The notes under the pieces are model-generated. The model was given only the letters and a program-made list of their open reading frames with translations, made no database searches and was not told the origin of the DNA. The position numbers and the translations under genes were made by a program. Shown here in pieces: positions 41,291 through 54,457 of a stretch of DNA of 64,000 nt (its first letter is position 1; each line of letters starts with the position of its first letter). Source of the stretch: Octopus vulgaris (Eukaryota); assembly GCA_951406725.2 (NCBI GenBank), contig OX597829.1, positions 12,152,001-12,216,000 of the forward strand, given 5' to 3'.

Positions 41291-42232
41291 TATAAAAGTA
41301 CAATATATACTAATATTATAGTATTATAATACTATCATATAGACAGATTGTTTTTGAAATGCTACAATCTTCATCATAATTGTTTCGGCATAGCACATTA
41401 CTCTGCAAGTTTACTCCAATCTTCTATAAATTAGTTTAACTTAATGCTAAATTTAGAAACTTTAACTTTAGTTAAACTTTAAATTCTAACCCATTTATTA
41501 ATTTAAAACCTGAATAATCAGGTCGACCTGATTTTATATCTAATTTTCAACAACTTTAATTTGACATCCCATTTGTAACAACATTTCTGAATCTATCAAT
41601 ATTTATATATCTTGATAATAAGAGCTTTCATGACGTCTATTATATGAATAAAAATAGTATACTTTCATTTTCAAACATTATTACCCCACATATGCTAGAT
41701 TAAAAACTGAAAATTACTGTTTTAGACTGACCCGTGTCCATGAAACGCTCATATCAAAATGCAACACAATGGCCGGAGAATATCTAACCTATATACAATG
41801 CTAATATGGTAATGAGTACTGACCCCTGTTTGTGACTGTCCTTCTTCCAAATTTGGCAATACAATACCCATACTGCAACTGCTATTACTACTACTACTCC
41901 CTTTCTCCCATCCCCTTGTAAGCAGTCTTCCCTGCTCTTTATTCTACTTGAACATCCCAATCTTCTTCCACCTTCCCCACACAATGGCCATTCCTCAAGT
42001 GCTCTGCTTCTTATTTCCAGCAATGGCTCTGACGAAAGCAGCATTAATTTTCTTAGGTAATTCAATTTACTTCAATTGATCAATAGACCAATTGAGTAAA
42101 CCTATCAGTAATGTACCTATAATGACTACTGGAAGCAGCTGTGAGTCAAGTTTGCTCCAATATGTATGTATATATGTGTGTGTGTGTGTTCGTGTGAGTG
42201 TGTGTGTGTGTGCGGATATCTGGTTTAAACAT

Positions 42233-42465
42233 CTCTTTTACTGTTTTACTGTTTTACTTATTTCAGTCATTTGACTGTGGCCATGCTGGAGCACCGCCTT
42301 TAGTCGAGCAAATCGACCCCAGGATTTATTCTTTGTAAGCCTAGTACTTATTCTATCGGTCTCTTTTGCCGAACCGCTAAGTTACGGGGACGTAAACACA
42401 CCAGCATCGGTTGTCAAGCGATGTTGGGTTGACAAACACAGACACACAAATATGTACATACTCAT

Positions 42466-42497
<32 letters not shown>

Positions 42498-44695
42498 GCG
42501 GCGGGCTTCTTTCAGTTTCCGTCTACCAAATCCACTCACAAGTCTTTGGTCAGCCCGAGGCTATAATAGAAGACACTTGCCCAAGGTGCCACGAAGCGGG
42601 ACTGCATCCGGGATCATGTGGCTGGTAAGTAAGCTACTTTATTTCATAAATTTGTCATAGAGACAGTACAAAGAGCTTTGCGGGCTGGACAAATACATTA
42701 ATGAATGAAAATCAAATAGAATGAATAAATGAGAGACGAAACCTAACACCCGCCGATTGGATTTTTCTCGAAAACATATTTTCTTTTTTTTTTTTAAATC
42801 AATATGAGGTTTCGAACCTCTTACAAGAGGGAGGCACTAAAACCTCTTACTTAACATGTTTTCTTTTTTTTTCTTAAAGCACAAAATTGAGGTTATAAAC
42901 CACTACAAAATAATCCAATAAGACGAGGTTTCAAACCCTGTAACGAGGGTGTTTCACCTCCTACTCTTCGATATATCCATCAATATATTCATCATTATCT
43001 TCAATGCCGCTTGAGTTCCTGTATCCCACCATTTCCCATGCCTCACTCACGTAGGACACGCAAGTCGTGTAAGGACCACTCGGCCATATGCGACACTCCT
43101 CCCCAAATCCTTTAAGCCCACAAGGGAAACCTTATGACCTCCACAGCTATCTGCGGGGGCCATTCGGGATCCCGTGTGAAGGGCATATCTACTGTTTCTT
43201 TGTGTTGTTCTACTATTTTTTCCACCCCCCGCCCTTGTAGAAAAAGATAATTAATTGATCATCTTTAAGGGTGGGGGTGGTTTCTTCCACCGTAGGTGGT
43301 ACAACTTCGGGACATGCAGTCGGCACATCATCTCCCCGCTGAGATGACCCGTTCTTCTTCCTTCTTTTTTCTTTTCTTCCTGGCTTCGGGAGAGTGGAGC
43401 TCTTCCGGTTTGTCCGGAGACTCTACTCCGTCTTCCGAAGCCTTAGGTTCCTTCGGCGGGCAACTATTGTTGCCCATCTTCTTCCTTTTTAATCCTTTTT
43501 GAGTTGAGGAGGCTGAAGCCTCCTCGACCACATCCACCTCTCCCTTTGACCGGGTAGTGGAGGTAGCATCTAGTGACTGTTCCAGGACCATACCATAGTC
43601 CTGGGGGCAGTTCCTTTTAATGTGGCCTGGCTGCAGGCACGAGTGACACTTTGGGAGACGTCCCTCAAGTATCACCGGATACCTGCAGCCAGCCATTTTC
43701 AAGAAATCTGGAAAAACCAGTTCTGTTGCGGCCGATGGGGTCCACAGGGTCAAAATCGCTTTTGACCCTTCCCAATCGACCGCCGGCAATACTCTTACAT
43801 TTAAGAGCCCGCCATCTCCCAGTCCCCGTCGGATGGTATCTTCAATCCAATCCGCTTCGGTGCCCGGGGGGAGCCCACATATCCAGGCTTGTATTAATTT
43901 TCTTCTACAATATCACGGGAGAAACAGGATTTCCTTGCCTTCTAAAGGCTGACTCGCAAACTGACAAGCTTTTTCCCTGTTGTCAAACAGCAACCATACG
44001 GTTGCATGTTTGACACCACGGGATATATATTTTACAGAGGACAAATGTTCTTTAAGTTCATTTTTTATGACTTGTTTTGGCAAGACGGTGATAGAATTAA
44101 GAACTTTAGAATACGTTCTAAGTACCACCGTCTTCTCTTCCATATCTTTTAACCATTGCTTAGGCGGGTTAATTTCCCACTCTAAGACAGAGTTTTTCTT
44201 TTTAAATCCTTCTCTGCCATGCCAAAAAACAGTTCAAAAGTAGTTCAAAAGACAGTCTGCCAAAAAATTAAACCGAATAAAAATAAAACAAAATAAAGGG
44301 GAGGGGAGGAAACTGAAATTAAAGTAATGAAAAGAATAAACCAAAATTTAGAAAGAAAGAAATAATAGAAGGGAAAAGTAAAAGAAAAATCTCACAAATA
44401 GCACAGACAGATAATCCAAAAAGGTAATCCAAATGGCTTATTCTTATTTTTCTGGCGAGATACACCCACTAGAATTCACAAGAAGAATTTTCAAAAAATT
44501 TCTCAATTTACCGTGACGGTGCTGAGAACCCAGTATTTTGCTCGTTATAGCGAGCCATAATTGACAATTTTTCTTTTTGTTCTTTTTTTCTGTTCGCGGA
44601 GCCGAAACTCACATCTGCTCACTGTAGCAGTCCAGACCAACTAGTGTTGCATTCTGGGTAAGCAAGCTACTTACCATACAGCCACTTCTACGCCT
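42233..44695 (-). mobile_element. tRNA-derived SINE split by insertion (42233-42639 and 44657-44695)
   Basis: SINE sequence resumes in register after the insert with a duplicated 16-mer. Confidence 0.85.
42640..44656 (-). mobile_element. ORF1-only (HAL1-like) retroelement with 16-bp TSD
   Basis: TSD GGTAAG(T/C)AAGCTACTT at 42624-42639 and 44657-44672; ORF pieces 43913..44143 (YISRGVKHATVWLLF) and 43328..43789 (EGRLPKCHSCLQPGHIKRNC); no APE/RT motif. Confidence 0.8.
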
Positions 44696-45564
44696 CATAC
44701 TTTTTTTTTTATTTAGGCGTGTTTTCAGAAAATGTTTGCGAATTTATGTTCTACACTCGGGAATTCATAAGATTATGAAAACAACATTTTTTGCATATGG
44801 TTTAATATCGATTTAGCTGTTATTTGTAGCATTTTTCACGACCACGTGATGCCTTCCTCGTTTCGTTGTCACTCCCAATATTTCAATATTTTTCTCTTCA
44901 TAAACACATTTTATGGAATGATGATGCACGCAAGGGCGGATTTTATCAAAAAATTCACACTTTCCGTATTTCAAACTGTGACTAAAAAAAGGAAAATTCG
45001 AAGAAGAGGGGAACTTTTAGGAATTATGAAGGGTAAAGGGTTTAAAAAATTCAAATTAGAAAACGTTTATTGTTTTAATAATCGTACGAACTCCATTGTA
45101 TAAAACACAAATTTGCAAAAATGTTCTGAAAATTCTCAAAGATAAAAGAACTTATTGAGGGTTTAACTGTGGCGCTTGAACCAGGATCCCACAAGAAGAT
45201 CTTGCTTAAATTCCAGTAATTGACTACCCTTGGGTGCATCATCATTCCACAAAATGTGCTTATGGGGAGAAAATTATTGAAAAATATCAGAATGACAAAG
45301 TAACGAAGAAGGATCATGCGGTCGGGAGATGTGCTAAAAATACAGCTAAGAAGCCCTACATATATATTCTTTTATTCTTTTATTTGTTTCAGTAATGTGA
45401 CTGAGGCCATGCTGGAGCACCATATATATATATATATTATAACTAATAATGTGAGAGTAATAAAAAGCTTTAGAAATTTTTACTACCAGTGGCCTAGCGT
45501 GTAAAAAATTTTGTCAGTAGACTATATATTATTCATATAAATACAATGTACATTTAAATACATA

Positions 45565-45835
45565 AGAGGTATCCGTCATAGGATTCCTTGCACGCTAGAA
45601 GGAACAGCTAAAATGCAAACCACTGTTAGGAATAAACTTCGAAGTGAATGAAAAATAAAAATATTTACCATCTATCTCCTGGACCATGCTAAAAAAAGTC
45701 TGAAACCATGGTCCAGGAGATAGATGGTAAATATTTTTATTTTTCATTCCCTTCGAAGTTTATCCCTAACAGCGGCTTGGATTTTAGCTGTTCCTTCTGG
45801 TGTGCAAGGAATCCTATGATATGACCGATACCTCT
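45565..45835. repeat. Fold-back pLTR module with half-hammerhead at apex
   Basis: 45565-45688 / 45707-45835 inverted; apex GAAAC-CATG-GTC-CAGGAG; TA-flanked. Confidence 0.85.
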
Positions 45836-45849
45836 ATATATATATATAT

Positions 45850-46960
45850 AAGTTAAGCAAAATTTAGATTCAAAGAATATGGTACTTAAGTTAGATGCAC
45901 CAGAATTTTGTATGGTGTTATCCATATAAATCCATGGGGTGATTATAATAAAAAATAAGCAACAAGAATAACTTCGGTAATTTGGTACGATCGTTTCACG
46001 CTACATCATTTTATTAAATATTGTAAGTTTTACAACAGTTTCAAAATGTTGAGCAATGATCAGCCATTAATAGAGGTTTCCCATTAATACATAATTTTCA
46101 TATCAATTGATAACATTATAGAGAAGGTAGATATATAGACAAAAATGTTGATTTGAATTTTAAGAACATTAAGGTAGTAGAGTTTACCAACTGACTGAAA
46201 AATATTCAGAATATTCAGTTATTTTGAACTGCTAGAAGGTTGGGAAGAATGATCAGTTGAAAGAAGACAAAAAAGATTTTCTATTTATAGATATAGGGTT
46301 GAAATAGATGTCAGACGTTCTTTATAAAGAAATTAAGGTAGAGAGGGGGTTGTAATGCTATAGAGGCTGTTTATTACTATTTGGCAAACAGATTTTGTAT
46401 TAGGAAAACCAGGTTAATGTCAGATGGTCACAGTGACCACTTATAGAGAATACAGAGATCCTTTTATACTTATATACATCAACTTTATACTTAGCTGATA
46501 GGTTTTGAATATTTTGATACGTTGGATTAAAGGAGAAATTATGAATCTAATGTTTATTCATTTTGGAGAAAAATCTATCACTTAATGAGTAGGGATAATA
46601 CTCAATATCTGAGGACAAAAGTCTTATTAATCAAGTGAATATTTTAGGGGTCAAATATATAATAGAAAAACTGGAAGAGGAGTAATCAAGAAGAATAGTT
46701 TTCATAAGTTTAGTAGGTGATTTATTTTTATGAAGAGAAGTAATTAAGAAGAGTAAGTTACTCAGATTACGTAGATAGTGAATTGTTATTAATGAATTAA
46801 AATATAGAATCCGTATTTACTACCCGCGGAGAAAGGCTAATTAGATAAAAATATCCTAGGTTAATAATATATTAAGAAATGGAAGTGAGGTAATCAAGGT
46901 GAACTGAGTAGTTTGTTTAGGGACATAGAATTTATACTATTTAGTATAGTAGATTATCTT
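45850..46960 (-). mobile_element. Penelope-like remnant with degenerate HHR (45983-46066)
   Basis: Minus strand TGG-CTGATCA-TTGCT..AGCGT-GAAAC-GATC-GTA-CCA; sequence after the HHR similar to 20379-20412. Confidence 0.6.
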
Positions 46961-46964
46961 TCTA

Positions 46965-47490
46965 TCTGTGTGTGTCTCTCTCTCCCTCTTCATTCTTTAC
47001 TCTCTTTCGTTGATCATACATGACCACCATCCATCATTCCTTTCCTCACGTGACCATCTTTCTTTTCCTTCAGTCTGTCGCGCAGTCCAGGCGCGTTCTT
47101 ATCTCTCTCCTTTTCTTTGTTTTCTCTTATCAAAGAATCTTCTTCCAGCGCTCGCTACCTTAACTCAACTGGCCTAACAGTCATTCCTGTATATTTTCGC
47201 TTCGTTTGGTTTGTTGTATGTCCTGCTTTTGTTACCAACTTTTACCCTCAGCAAATCCCAAATTTTATTTTGGTTCGCGGAAGCAACTGCCTGCAAAGTC
47301 TTATATTGTCGTTTAATGCTGGAAATAAGGAGTAGAAGGTCAGCCGACAAATGACGAAGGGTCATCTTTTTATGTTACTTGCCTTGTTTACCATTTTTTT
47401 CTCTCGTTCTTTGCGTTCCCAACCTTATTTTCGTATTTCATGTTCTGTAGGTTTTGTGACGTCCTGTACCATATATGCATACCTATATAC
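46965..47490 (+). mobile_element. Family B-like pLTR
   Basis: TTTTACCCTC..GGAAG..GACAAATGACGAAGGG..TATGTT..GACGTCCTGTACC homologous to 28465-28740. Confidence 0.6.
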
Positions 47491-47970
47491 ATATATATGT
47501 ATGTATGTACATATATGATATATGCATATATATATATATATATATATACCAGCTTCAGGTGACCCGCTCTACGCGCGGGTAAGTGTGTGGTTGTTACTTT
47601 CTGTTGCTTCCTTTCTGTTTTTTATCACCACATTCTTCCTCTTTGTTTCTCTCTCCTTTCTCTCTCACTCTCCCACTCTCTTACTCTTCCTTTCTCTCGA
47701 ACTCTCCCTCGCTTTCTCTTACTCTTTATCTTTCTCTATCTATCTCTCTCTCATTTATAAACAACAAAAGTTGGGAAATAAAATATTTTGAAAGATCAAT
47801 CATAAATATCAGGCAGTGACAACGGAAAGGTCTGCTTCAAGGCAGAAAGCAAAACACTAACATTTAAAAGAGACAGACGAACTTGCGAGCCGAATAATAA
47901 AATTTTAAAATATTAGAAACCAAAGTTTGAAGGGATAGAATCTGAGGAAAGTAGAGTCACCATGGCTGGC

Positions 47971-48203
47971 ATTTCTTAACGACGGACAGCAACGTAGTGG
48001 CAGTTTAACGGCTGGCGCACAATTTCGAACTTGATGTAAAAGAAAATTCCTAAACGCCAAGTTTTGAAGTGATTCTTTCTCACGACAGTAGACTCACACT
48101 GGCAAGCATTTAAAACTTCTTTATGATGGACGGCAACACATTGAAGATTTAAAGGCTGGCGCAAATTTTTTAGCTTGATGTAACAGAGAATTGCTAAATA
48201 CCC
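47971..48203. repeat. Diverged direct repeat, ~144-bp period
   Basis: GGCTGGCGCA..CTTGATGTAA..AATT.CTAAA occurs twice. Confidence 0.7.
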
Positions 48204-48434
48204 GCTCCTGTAAATTTGGATCCCCTTCCAGCCCCATTTAGACCCCTTTTCACATTTTGGTTAATATAACCCGATTTCATTCGGGTCTACTCGGGCCACA
48301 TTTTATAAGATGAGGAATTTTGTCCTAGAGGACAAAATTTTGGCCTTTCATTTGAGGAAAAAAATAGTTGGCATGCAAACTCTCCAGCACTTTTATAGGT
48401 GCGCATATTTTCAGCTCAACCGACCACATAATGT

Positions 48435-48474
<40 letters not shown>

Positions 48475-48508
48475 GCATTAAATATATATATATATGTACA
48501 TATACACA

Positions 48509-48557
<49 letters not shown>

Positions 48558-49339
48558 CACACACACACATATATAAATTGACTCAATAAATATCTGATTC
48601 GTAATATTTGTTCTCATGATTGTGTGGTGGTGGTGGTGGCGAAAATAATTCTCTCTATGAATGCAGACAGACGTAGAGAGAGAGAGAGAGAGGATGTGGA
48701 AGAAAGAGTGAAAGCGGCGGGGGAAAGATAGTAGACGCTGTCAAACGCCGTTATAGAGAGAATGTGAAAGGAAGGGGGAAAGAGAGAGACAGAGGAAGAC
48801 AGGCAGATAAGAGAATGAGAGAAGACTGAAATCTGCATACGCGTTTTAAACACCTGAATTTGGTTTTATTTTAGTCTAGCTAATTTTCGCACATATCAGT
48901 GATCAGTTTATTGATTTCTATATTTGCCCGAATATTTCGACTGAGCTCGAAATATCCAGAGGTGTTCGTCACCGAGGAGAGTAAAAAGCGGCGAAACTGT
49001 TTGATGGTCATCAATCCATCAATCTTTCTATCTATCCATTCATCAATCCATTCATTCTGCCGGCCATTCATCTATCTATCTTATTTCTTTATTGCCCACA
49101 AGGGGCTAAACATAGAGGGGACAAACAAGAACAGACAAAGGGATCAGTGCGCAACTGGTACTTAATTTATCGAGTACGATACGGGGAAAGGCAATCTATC
49201 TATCTATTTATTGGCCAGTCAGTTTGTTTGTCTATCTGCCTGTCTGTCAATCCAGCTACTTACCTATTTATCTGTCAATCTATCTACCTATATATATGTT
49301 TATCTATCATTTATCTATATATGTACATATACATATACA

Positions 49340-50277
49340 TGCATATATCATCTTGATCACCTTGAACGATCAGACTGTCGAGTGTCACTTTGATACTGCT
49401 GGTCACAGCACACAGTCCATTCCTCTCTGGATCGTGCCTTCCTCATCCTAACGTTTGCCTTATTTCGTCGACGCACCGTTTTGGAGCCTTCCGAGTGGCC
49501 TCTTCCGCTCGAGTGGATACCATTCAACAACTGTGCGAGTCCACCGATTATCAGTGAGCCGAGCCCATCTGAACTTCTGCCTTCTCTATTCAATGATGAT
49601 GTCTCTCACGCCAGATTTTCTCTGATCCCTCTGCTTCCAGAATCAACCTTTCCGTAGCTCTTTAACTAGTTACCAGCCTCTGCTACTCTCTCTTCGCCGT
49701 GGCCCAGGTTTCACTTCCGTACAAAATTGCAGGTGCCATTGAAAAGGTTGAAAAGGTTGGCAGCATTGAGCCTATCCAACTTACCTTTGAATACATTTTC
49801 GATGGAGTTGAACGCTTTGCAGCCGACTCTTATTCTTTGCGAGATTTCCTCCATGTCTCAGTGCATATTCAACACTTGTGCAAGGTAGACGTATTCGTCC
49901 ACCTCTTCTATTTCATCGTCTCCGCCCACTATTCAGCATAGTGGTTTTCATGCGGTTCATTTTGAGGCATACTTCCGAGCTTCTGATGTCCAGTTCCGTC
50001 AGCATGGTCTGCAGTTGATCTGTAGTCTCGGCGATGAGCACGATGTCGTCCGCTCCGGGAAATCCTCACCGAACGACTTAGTCCCTATCTGGACTAATTA
50101 GTCGTTGAAGTAGCAAGGAGTCGAGACACAATACATTCACCTTCTCAAAGGGGCGAATTCTGAATGCATCACAGGTCAAACAAGGAGACATCAGCTCTCT
50201 GAAACTCTTCACGGTGTGTCTCGAGCAGATCATCAATAACATCAACTGGCAAGGTGGCATGAACATCAACGGCAAGC

Positions 50278-50280
<3 letters not shown>
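49340..50280 (-). mobile_element. RTE-clade LINE fragment with 5' inversion
   Basis: Minus 49340-50062: ADDIVLIAETTDQLQTML, LYGSETWA; plus 50080-50280: VKQGDISSLKLFTVCLEQI..NINGK. Confidence 0.8.
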
Positions 50281-50341
<61 letters not shown>

Positions 50342-50344
50342 CAC

Positions 50345-50520
50345 GATAGACTTCTTTCAGTTTCTGTCTACCAAATACACTCACAAGAATTTGGTCGGCC
50401 CGAAGCTGCAGCAGAAGACACTTGCTCATAGTGCCACGCAGTGGGGCTGAATCCGGAACCATGTGACTGGGAAACAAGTTTCTTACTACACAGGTGTGAA
50501 CATGTGCCTTACCACACAGG
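50345..50520 (-). mobile_element. tRNA-derived SINE head
   Basis: Homologous to 42500-42639. Confidence 0.75.
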
Positions 50521-50599
50521 TAGGAACCTGTGCCTATAAATACAATGAAATACAAAGAAACAGGAAAGAAGAAAGGTAAGAAACGAAAAGTGGGCATAG

Positions 50600-51160
50600 T
50601 AGCGGAAGATGGAGAGGGAGGATGCGATGGGCTACATTTCGGCCTGCATCTTTTACCCTGCAGCCTTACCGCAATTTGGTTTCCCCGACACGCCGCTGTG
50701 GTTGACATGATCAGAAGGAAACTTTACGCGGCTAGCTCCTCGTCTCAAGTTGAGCCAGCAAGTATCGACCGCAGGGACGGTAAGCGCCCCGACGGGATAG
50801 CCCTTTTCCCATTCAAAGGAGGAAAATCTCTAGTCTAAAACGTGACGTGCGGCAAAGCCTTCTCTGTATCCAACATTGTAGCATCACCTGCAAATCCTAG
50901 TTCCGCCGCCCACAATACAGGTGCTTGACCGGTAGCTATCAGTTTGTGCTACTCGACGACGAAACGTTATGTGTTCTAGAACACCGATTTCATCTGCAAA
51001 ATAGGGATAACAGTGGCCCGTCGGAGAAATGAGCCCCGCGAGGTGGAGTGGTTGCTGCAGCAAGTGTCGCTTGCCATTCCCCGCGGCAAGACTATCACAG
51101 TCATTATCGCGGGTCGCAGCTGAGCACCAAAAAGAATTGTCACTCAATAAGTGATAATAC
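50600..51160 (+). mobile_element. CRE-clade-like RLE retrotransposon 3' end
   Basis: RHAAVVDMIRR...EP...DGKRPDG....GKSLV*NVTC; ends AATAAGTGATAATACAA then (CA)n. Confidence 0.72.
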
Positions 51161-51183
51161 AACATACACACACACACACACGC

Positions 51184-51268
<85 letters not shown>

Positions 51269-51471
51269 AAGGCGGTCAAGTTAAACAATTTCTTTCTTCT
51301 CACTATACTAACTAATCGCTAATTTATCCAACTTCATGTTTTGCATCCTCCTTGTTCCTTTTTTTAATGCAATCTTTCGAAAGTGTTTCTATTTCTATTA
51401 TTTTCTTTGTTTTTATTCTTTTATTTTGTCTTATTTGATTTGTTTCACTCTTTCTTTTCGTCTATTTGCAG

Positions 51472-51531
51472 GTGTTCCTCTATCTAAGTGAACCATATAT
51501 GTGTATATTTGCAAACGTCAAGTCTATATTT
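51472..51531 (+). CDS. Candidate host exon (60 nt)
   Basis: Long T-rich tract, TTTGCAG acceptor, GTGAGT donor; open frame VFLYLSEPYMCIFANVKSIF. Confidence 0.4.
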
Positions 51532-51839
51532 GTGAGTACATGCATTAAGTAAATTTGTACATATCAGAGACCAAACAGTTTCTGTAAGCAGAGCTATGAA
51601 AAGGGATACACATACATAAATACATACTTTACATTACCTTACATTATACATTTATATATTTTTGTCTATCCATTTATCTATCCGTGTATTTATCTATGTA
51701 TGTATATATGTAACTATTTATCTATCAATCGATCGATCGATCCATACATCTGTCAATCTGTCTCTCTGAGGTCTGTCTATCTTCCTACCTACCTATCAAT
51801 CTATCAGTCTGTCTATCGGTCAATCTATCTAACTACCAC

Positions 51840-52277
<438 letters not shown>

Positions 52278-52569
52278 GACGGACGTGCTGTCGTTTCGGC
52301 TCCGAAGGTAATCGTTTATTTTGACTATTTATAGCCCATATTTTGTGTACATTTTTGCAAATAAGGTGTGTAAGGCACCCAACTTTCGTTTGAGTGTTTT
52401 CCAAGGGAGGAATTCGCCCCTAGGGGCAGTTTCAACCCCATTTCATTTCTGTAATTTTCTTCTCGACATTAGAAAATATCGAGAAATTTTATTTTAGAAC
52501 GCTGGTCGCGTTCCTTTATGGACCAGCATTTTCCTAGTTTGGAAACGCTAGGAGAAGAAAAAAGAACTC

Positions 52570-54400
52570 ATGCACGCAAAGAGCAAACCTGAATGACGTG
52601 GTAGTGAACGCTGCAACCACGTGCGGTAACAGCCCTGTCACCACCACCACCACCACCACCACCACTAACAACAGCAACCACGAGACTACTACTGCTACCA
52701 CCACCACCTCCACCTCCACCACCACCACCAGCACCACCACCACCACCGCCACCAACATGAATGATAAAAATAAAACTCACACGAAAACTATTGACAAAAA
52801 CAACGGCAACAACAAGAACAACAATAAAAATGAACTATCTAATAGTGAAGATGTTAATATAACAGAATTAACAGCACCAACAAATTTCGCTGACACTCTG
52901 CGACAGAAGAAACAGATTATACATTTCACGAACGAAGAACTTTTAGAAACAAGGTCTCTCTTTACAACCAGAGGGCAAGATTTAGTGCTACATACACCTC
53001 AACACATAAAGCAAGAAATAGAAAATAAGACAATTATATATAAAATTATAAGGAAAAACAAAAAACTAAACGAACAGATTACAAAAACAGATGTAGAAAA
53101 ATGCTTAAAAACATAATGAAAGAAAAAGAATATATAAACTGGGGTCCCCAGTTTAACACAGTAGTGGTCCGCTTCCCTAACCAGGAAGTGGCAAAAACTC
53201 ACTCTACTTAGTCTCTGGGAAATGATGAAATCATCATGGTCCCATACTATAAAAACCAGAGAGTGAGTCGAATCACTATTAAAAATGTACCTCCCGAAAT
53301 TCCTAACAAATGGATAACAGGGGCAATCTGTTACCCTTTAAAAAATATCAACATTTTGGAAACCGCCGTGTACCTTGGCGAAATTTGGGGTGGGAAGACA
53401 ATAGTGGTGACCATACAGATTGAGGGGGCCTCTATCGAGAGCCTACCGGATAAGATCCACTTGGAAAATGGGCAATGCCTATATGTTGTAGCAGAAGGCA
53501 AAAAGCCTAGATGCTACAACTGTGGCAGCCCCGAACATTTAATTGCCAAGTGCGCTCTGGTACAGAAAAAACAAGAAAGAACAAATCAGAAAACAAATAA
53601 AAAAAACCTTGTTGCCAACACCAACACCAACACCAACACCAACACACTCAATTATGGAACAATGCCAAGAAAAACAACAAACCAGCAAACAAACCCCAAC
53701 AACATCACCAAGAAAAGAAACAGTACCAACAGATTTTACCATTGACGTCACAACCAATTCAACATGTCGAATCAACAAAAAATAGACCAACACCCACACC
53801 GAGGACGACAATTAAAAAGATAGAAAACAGTCACGAGAAGACAAATTCTACCCCTAACACCACAACAACACAAACACCGCAAAAACATCAACAATTTTTA
53901 CAAGCATACATAGTAATGCAAATGCTTTGTCTTTACCTTCTACTGATACGTCGGACGACGAAAGTTCGACGGAATAGCAAATAGCCACAGAGGGTAAAAA
54001 GAAAAGATCCAAAAAATCCACCAAACAAGGAAGTAAAGCAGGGAGATATCTAACTCCGGACAACATCCCCCAAGACAATCAAAAAAGCAATGAAACCGTA
54101 AAACCACACACACAACTAACTGCAATAGACACAGACAATAAAGAATTAATGGACTACATCACATCCAGCACGGTCATCTGTGAAGATGACTTTAAGACAA
54201 ACAATCATCCGCACACCACACCACCGAAACACATCAGAATTTTACACATAACACAAGCACAACACCACATACTGAAAACAATATTTCCGAATGCGGTAGG
54301 CGGGTTTCAACGATACCTGTCGAAAAAACTATACAAACACCTCATCAAAAACAATACAAAAGAAGAAGAAAAAAATGAAACTTTTAAAATGAGAAAGTGA
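52570..54400 (+). pseudogene. Tx1 ORF1 (gag-like, CCHC zinc knuckle), disrupted
   Basis: Pieces 52598..53116, 53236..53745 (CYNCGSPEHLIAKC), 54149..54400. Confidence 0.8.
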
Positions 54401-54457
54401 CCTCCCCTCTTGCCTCTTGTCTCTTCTAATGTAGTGTGTAAAACACAATCTTCGTAA

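Noticed and set aside
47547-47600. ACCAGC..ACCCGC..GCGGGT Helitron-like 5' hairpin
   Set aside because: No matching 3' end identified; resemblance only
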